NCBI GenBank assembly: GCA_963693365.1
Contig: CAVNZM010000013.1
Span: 3,934,722 to 3,998,721 of the forward strand
DNA length: 64,000 nucleotides
Direction of reading: 5' to 3'
Origin: Amoebidium appalachense
Taxonomy: Eukaryota; Protista; Ichthyosporea
Shown: piece by piece, positions 58,001 through 64,000 of the stretch
Layout: each line of letters opens with the position of its first letter
Numbering within the stretch: the first letter of the stretch is position 1
Notes under the pieces: model-generated
Databases searched by the model: none
Told to the model about the DNA's origin: nothing
What the model saw: the letters and a program-made list of their open reading frames with translations, nothing else
Made by a program: the position numbers and the translations under genes

Positions 58001-58833
58001 CACGGTGACCACAACATCTTAAAGCTTTAACCTCAATCCGATCCTTAGGCATGCTCTACCACACTATATACTTTTTTAAACCATACTGTTTGAATTAATG
58101 AATGGGTAGCGAAGTGGAGGAGGCAATCTTTCCTTGTTTGTCTTCATGGGTTAGCGTTGGAATGTGATGGTAAGTTGTGATTGATGTGATAGTAAGTTAG
58201 ATAGGTTGTATTGTATAACCCTTTACTTTGTATATTGTATGTGATGTTTCACGTGTAGACTGATGCTCATACCACTTCTCCTTTGAACTCTTTCCAAAGT
58301 CACAGGATGGCCTGCCTGATTGAGAGCGTTCTTCAGCTCTATTTTGTTACATTGGGCTTCTTTGCCTGTAATAGTTGTGAACATCATGTCGGTCAGTTAG
58401 CTGGAATTTGTAAAGCACCCTGTTTAAGGATGTATTGTGTAAGACTTATCTCATGTTTTATTCACAATGTGCATTAAACAATGCCCATACAATTGCAAAA
58501 CTCCAAATTGCTGTTGTGGAACTACCGTACCCAGCTCCGTTCATTAACCAGCATGTCGCTTGTTTGCTACCCCTCAAGAACTGTGATACTTCACCTGAAA
58601 GATAATGTGCTATCGTGGCTTGCTATGTGGTCGAAGGAACTTATATCGCTGTTTGCAAACGGACACCCAACAGTTAAAACGTTGATAAATATATAATTGG
58701 ATGCTTCCAAAGATGTTTGGGTCGCATTCCATGCACATCCTAGTTTGGGTCCTAGTGTGCCTAATAGAGATACAATATACATTTTTACAAAATATACAAG
58801 GGATAACCGAGCATTTCCATAGAAAACACCCAA

Positions 58834-58859
58834 ATCTCAAAAGTCCTAAGTACCCTCCT
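58834..58859 (-). repeat. Right terminal inverted repeat
   Basis: ATCTCAAAAGTCCTAAGTACCCTCCT is the reverse complement of 32898-32923. Confidence 0.9.
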
Positions 58860-59856
58860 ATGTCGACATGTGCAATACATTGGCAATACATTGACAATGA
58901 TCATGGGGCTGTGCTTACCCTACCGTGTGCATATTGCCAATATATTGAGCATGTGATTGAGGTATCAATAAAGTTATTGTTAATACATTGGCAATGTTCG
59001 TCATACGTATTATTCTTAGATATAAGACGTTACTCCGATATGCCTTTCATATTATAAGCGCACTTATACTGTACTTTGCATGCATTCGTTCCCATTATCA
59101 ATTTATTGGCAATGTATTTGGATAATATAGTGTGATATTTATAATATATATGTAATGCATTATCAACACTTATATCTTTATGGTGGTGGTATCATTCGTA
59201 TGTTGGCAATATATGCTTGATATGGAACATACGTGACATATTTCTTATTTGTAATGTGTTGGGAGTGTATTAATCATACCTCTGTTTATGTCATCAATAT
59301 ACTCACGATATATAAGCAACCTATCGGCGATACCGCATTTATATATTGATTATAGTTGGATCATATGTTGGCAATACATTGTTTATATGTTTCTTGATAT
59401 TTAAATCTTTGTATTTCTATGAATTACATATTGGCAATACATTAATAATGCGTTCATAGTGCAACTACAATGCGAAAATACAGTATTATCCATATCATTA
59501 TCTGTATTTTTGATATTATTTGGTTGTTATTGTAATATCGCCCGGGTATAATTGATATTGGCAATACGTCTATAATGCTAGCGCAATAGTAATGCAATGG
59601 TAATGTAATGGCAATCTAATGTATTGGCGATATTGATGTAACATATACTGGATAATATATTCATATCAGCGGGATATCGACAATAGAGGGTATTGGTACT
59701 GTATTACCATTGACAATACCAAAGCAATATTATTGCAATATGGCGTTCCTATTGGCGGCAAGGGGTTCTATTGCCAATATCGCCAATAGCTCCAATAGCA
59801 AAAAATACGTTGGCAATACTTCCGGGAAGTTTGCTGATGTGCCAGGACGGTTGGGT
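58860..59856. repeat. AT-rich TATTG(C/G)CAATA motif array; probable end of a second DNA transposon abutting Copia copy B
   Basis: More than 10 motif copies, e.g. ~58878, 58931, 59104, 59202, 59367, 59429, 59555, 59769 and 59809. Ends near ...GGACGGTTGGGT, where Copia coding sequence begins. Confidence 0.6.
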
Positions 59857-61906
59857 GAAGACCACAGACGGAATTTCATCGTCGTCGTCGGAGGGGGGGT
59901 CCAATGTTGGCAGATCGGGTTTGGGGGGATCGGGGACCTCAGGCTGATTGGTGCTGCTCGTGAATTTTGACTCGTCAAAGATGACGTCACGGCAGATCTT
60001 GACCTGGTTGCTGGAATGGTCGAGGATCTTGTGTGCCTTCGAGGGCAAATCCCACTGGCAGCCGACGTAGGTGCCGACTCTGACGGTTGATGCAAGCTTG
60101 ATCCTCTTGGATCGGGGAACATGCACATAGCCAGGGGAGCCGAACACGTGGAGCTGGGAGACGTCAGGTTTGAAGCCGTGGAAGGTAAGGGGAAGTTGAA
60201 CGGGGGCCGGGTGACTTGGAGGACGGATGAGGATCACGGGAACGGGACGGGGAACGGTGAGGTGTATGCTCACGTCGAGGGATACGGTTGCGGAGGTCAC
60301 CGGAGGGGAGCATTCTGCTCTGGAGGGCTCGAAGAGGACGGTTGTTGACGGTTGCACCAGTGCCTGCGTCGATGAGGCCGGCACGGATTTCAGCTCCTCG
60401 GATGTCACTGATGAGCTGGTTGAAGGACGGGTAAGCCTTGTTGTTCATCCAGTAGTCTGAGCAGAGACGTTCAATGTCACTGCAGACCAGGGCGGTGTTC
60501 TTGCGGAGGTGAAGGAAGAACTTGCGTACGACATCCTTGTGTTGGACGGGCTCGTCGAGGCAGGCAAGTGTCGTAGCCAGACGTTGGAGGCGGGTGAGGT
60601 ACGCTGTGACGTTGGGGTAGTCTCGTAGTTCAAGCTCCTCGTAGGTGACTTGAATCTGGGTGACGCGGGCCTCCTTCTCTACCACATAAGCCATACGCAG
60701 GTTGTGGAAGACTTCTCCACCGTGAACACCGTCTTGCATCCGGCCGGAGTCGTAGAGCTCTATCGGATGGACGGACTGGTTGAGGATCTGGTCGAGGACG
60801 TCGGAAGCTTTCTTGTAGGAGTCCTTGGTGCCGTAGCCTAGCCACTGGTTGGCATCAGTGCCGTCAACCCACTGTGGCCTCTTGATGGCATCAACGAATT
60901 TCTCGGCAATGGTTGTTCTTATGAACCGGTGGATGAGTGGCTCCCACTCGAAATAGTTGAGACGTTTCTCATCTCTCTTCTCGGATGGATTCCATTGTGG
61001 AAGGTTGATGTACGACGGTTTGTCAGTCATGGTTGAAGCAGTAAGACGGAGGAATTTCGCGGTTGTAACGAGATTGTGTGTTAGCGTGCAAAGGGGCCGT
61101 AAACCTGTTGTTTTGTGTGGGTAAACGGAGAAGCAGAGTGCACAGATGGGTGTTATGTTATACACAACACAGAGACACACGAGAAAAACACAACCGGAGA
61201 GGTGGAACGATTACTGGGGCCATAGGAAATGATTCGACTGCTTCATATTTATTCCAAGGTGAAGTTCCTTTTATACTCAGGAATGTGAAATCGATAAACC
61301 AATCAACAGAACGAAAACTCTATTTTCCAATCAGAAAGACGAAAACTATGAGGGTAAAATAAATTGATCGAAATGCCTGTCGACACTCATAGAAGATAAA
61401 ACGCAATCCTCTAAAGAAAGTAAACTTCTAATAAAAGGTACGGAAAACATTTAACAAAATGAAACCAATTATGTATCTATTAGTTCACATCATTTATTTA
61501 TACATGTTCCTAACACAACACGTCTAAATATAAGTATTCCTAATAGTTGGAGTACATAGAACAATGCTACGTCGTGAGAAAAGAAGGAAAAGGAATGAGG
61601 ATAGAAAGGAATGGAATGAGAAAGGAATCGAATAGAATTAATGAGGAATGTAGGTTACTATATTTGGGAAAATACAACGAGATCTGATTGGACGACATAT
61701 TTAGACATTGACACAAATAACAATACGTGTGCGCGGGCTAAATATTTCGATGTGTACACAGATCTAAGATATCGGTGTACACGGAAACAGAAAGGAAAGA
61801 AAGAAAGGAAGAAAGGAAAAGGGAAAAGGAAACAAACTATAACAAACTAATAAACATATATAAAACTCAACTTCTAAGTCTTGCCGATAATCATGGGAAG
61901 ATGACA
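59857..61906 (-). mobile_element. Ty1/Copia copy B: 5' LTR and gag fused by an internal deletion to the post-integrase SH3-like region; 3'-truncated
   Basis: LTR 61230-61906 (TG...CA), PBS-like TTTCCTATGGCCCCAG, gag ATG at 61030. At ~60183 the sequence jumps to KPDVSQLHVFGSPGYVHVP...RDVIFDE, the Copia integrase C-terminal domain. Confidence 0.9.
60164..61030 (-). CDS. Copia gag (open frame; zinc knuckle removed by the deletion)
   Basis: MTDKPSYINLPQW...RSTSPY is highly similar to the copy A gag. Confidence 0.75.
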   Translation of the reverse strand: MTDKPSYINLPQWNPSEKRDEKRLNYFEWEPLIHRFIRTTIAEKFVDAIKRPQWVDGTDANQWLGYGTKDSYKKASDVLDQILNQSVHPIELYDSGRMQDGVHGGEVFHNLRMAYVVEKEARVTQIQVTYEELELRDYPNVTAYLTRLQRLATTLACLDEPVQHKDVVRKFFLHLRKNTALVCSDIERLCSDYWMNNKAYPSFNQLISDIRGAEIRAGLIDAGTGATVNNRPLRALQSRMLPSGDLRNRIPRREHTPHRSPSRSRDPHPSSKSPGPRSTSPYLPRLQT

Positions 61907-62850
61907 CCTATAGACCCCCCTCTCTGATAGACCCCCCTGGCATGACCCTAGCCTGCCGCACGCATCATGCCAGCTCAGTCTCTCGCTGGCGCTTTCTCGT
62001 GCAGGTCTGATCCTTTCTTGCTGCCACGTGTCTTAGCTCTCGCGCACGTCCGACAATACAGGCTCGCCCACCTTATCATGAGGTCAGTGTCTCTTTGCCT
62101 GTCTTGTCTCCTTTCCGTGCCTGGGAGCCTCCACGTTGATACATTATGTACATACAACAAACACAAAATTTTAATTTAAAGTTTCTGTACCCGGGAAAAC
62201 TTGCAAAAAACACTATTTGACATCCGATTTTCGTGGAGCTGCATTTATACACCTCTCCCTAGATGCGATTGGACGGCAATCCACCGTCAAGCCATCTAAG
62301 GCTAAAAATTCTAGCCAAATAAACCTATTCCGCATGCCATCACAAAGCCCGACCCAGCCATCGAACGCCCTCCTGGGCGCTCCCCCTATACTGACTGAAC
62401 CAGCGCCAATTTGGACGTGTCTCGGTCGGGTCGGGCGCTGGTTGATGCATTATTTCCGAGCTAGAAAAAATTCCCAAAAACGGGGGGTAGGATGTGTGTG
62501 CAGAGCCTACATAGCATATGCATCGGTACTATGTGAAAATCATATTAATACTCAATGTGACGACCAACAGAATTCAACAAAAAGTCTAAAGTGTTCACAT
62601 TGCCAGCCAGTGTAGCAGACACCCGTAGGGAAAGAGGTAAAACGCGACATAAAAACTCAAACCTATCAACATGCTTGCGATTAAAAAGTTCAGCACAAAA
62701 GTGGCACCAGCGGCGATGGAAACAAAAATTACAACGCCACTGCACAACTTCCCAGGCAATATCAACATCAGAGCACCATACAGACTTATCTACTAGGGTG
62801 GTATCCATACGTACAGCAGGAGAAATATATCCTGCCAAAGCTCCCAAAAG

Positions 62851-63187
62851 GGACTTCACTTTCACTTCGATCTCTTAGCTGTCACGTCAACTTTTTTGCC
62901 CGATTCTTCACCATGGCAGGTATATAAAGGCTTTTGTTTCTTCTTTTTGTGGTGGACTTCACTTTCACTTCGATCTCTTAGCTGTCACGTCAACTTTTTT
63001 TCCCGCTTCTTCACCATGGCAGGTATATAAAGGCTTTTGTTTCTTCTTTTTGTGGTGGGAGGGAGTCCTTTGGACTTCACTTTCACTTCGATCTCTTAGC
63101 TGTCACGTCAACTTTTTTTCCCGATTCTTCACCATGGCAGGTATATAAAGGCTTTCGTTTCTTCCTTTTGTGGTGGGAGGGAGTCCC
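62851..63187. repeat. Tandem triplication, units of 103 and 118 bp
   Basis: GGACTTCACTTTCACTTCGATCTC starts at 62851, 62954 and 63072. Confidence 0.9.
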
Positions 63188-64000
63188 ACTCAGGGGAACG
63201 TGACTGCAGCGTGTGTGTGGTGTGGCCTGGTGTATTCCTACTGCTGTGAGAGTGTGCCACGGGCATCTCCCTTTCGCGGAGTTTCTCGCTTGAGAATTGG
63301 TTTCTTCAACACCTGGTGTTCCACTGCAACCTATGGTAACTTCTACACGCTGTCTATGCTTCTACGCGACCTATTGGCGGTGGGCTGCTGCAACTTCTTC
63401 AGCTACATCTGCGCTGCGTGAGTGGAGGGGCGGCTACTTGGTCGTCGGGGAGCTTTCCAAGTGACTGCCAGTCCTTAGCCTCCAGTCGTATGGCAATGAC
63501 CGGGTTTGCTTGCATGCATTCTGTAATTGTGTTTTTCTGTGTGTCCTGCCACAACTAGGCCACCTTATCAGAGAGCTAGATGCAGTTTCTCCGGGTTATC
63601 TAGGGGCCGGGCCCGTTGGGATTGTTTTTTAGCTCAGATTTGGTCTGCATTGCTCTTTTAGAGGCTGACTTGCTTGCTGTGCCTTGGTAGGTTTTGAGGG
63701 GAGCCTGTTGGGAAGCAGCAGTAATGATGTCTTCTGCGGCAGAGTGTGGTCTGGTCAACATCGATGCATATGACTAGTTGGAGCAAACTAGTTTCACACA
63801 TACACGTACACTTAAGGTTTTGCCCGCTGGTGCCAGTGTCCTTTGTCACTTGTCGCTTTATTTTTATTTCGTTGCTTTGGCTTTTTCAGTTCTATTGGTG
63901 GTACTGTAGCCTGTGGCTGCACGTTGCCTTCATCAACGGATCAATAAAAACGAGTCAAAAGAAGAAAAAAAAAGCGATAATGATCAGTACGGTGTTGCCT

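Noticed and set aside
62851-63187. Tandem snRNA or spliced-leader RNA genes
   Set aside because: No convincing Sm site or U1-like sequence, and the unit lengths are unequal.

Overview
Eukaryotic, transposon-dense window. Spliceosomal GT-AG introns are packed with (CA)n, (CT)n and poly-C/G tracts, so most ORFs in the six-frame track are microsatellite artefacts. The central feature is a ~26-kb DNA transposon (32898-58859) bounded by perfect 26-bp terminal inverted repeats and carrying two divergent multi-exon genes, which I assembled by hand with consistent splice phases. The minus-strand gene is a 7-exon, ~1050-aa Sola1/DUF7869-type DDD transposase. The plus-strand gene is a 15-exon, ~1340-aa protein fusing a ParB/Srx-like domain to a bacterial-type beta-class N4-C/N6-A DNA methyltransferase domain with an unusual DPPA catalytic motif. 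An array of 18-bp palindromes (TCCTAGT-N4-ACTAGGA) sits just before the last exon of each gene. The window also holds three near-identical Ngaro-type tyrosine-recombinase retrotransposon copies. Their ATG-less RT and YR ORFs appear to be expressed by alternative splicing from one donor in gag. Other content: two truncated Ty1/Copia copies, a Ty3/Gypsy gag-protease fragment, AT-rich TATTGNCAATA arrays, a 183-bp satellite and the 3' part of an unidentified spliced gene. No rRNA, tRNA or CRISPR was recognised. Family and domain calls come from motif recognition by eye and need HMM or structural confirmation.
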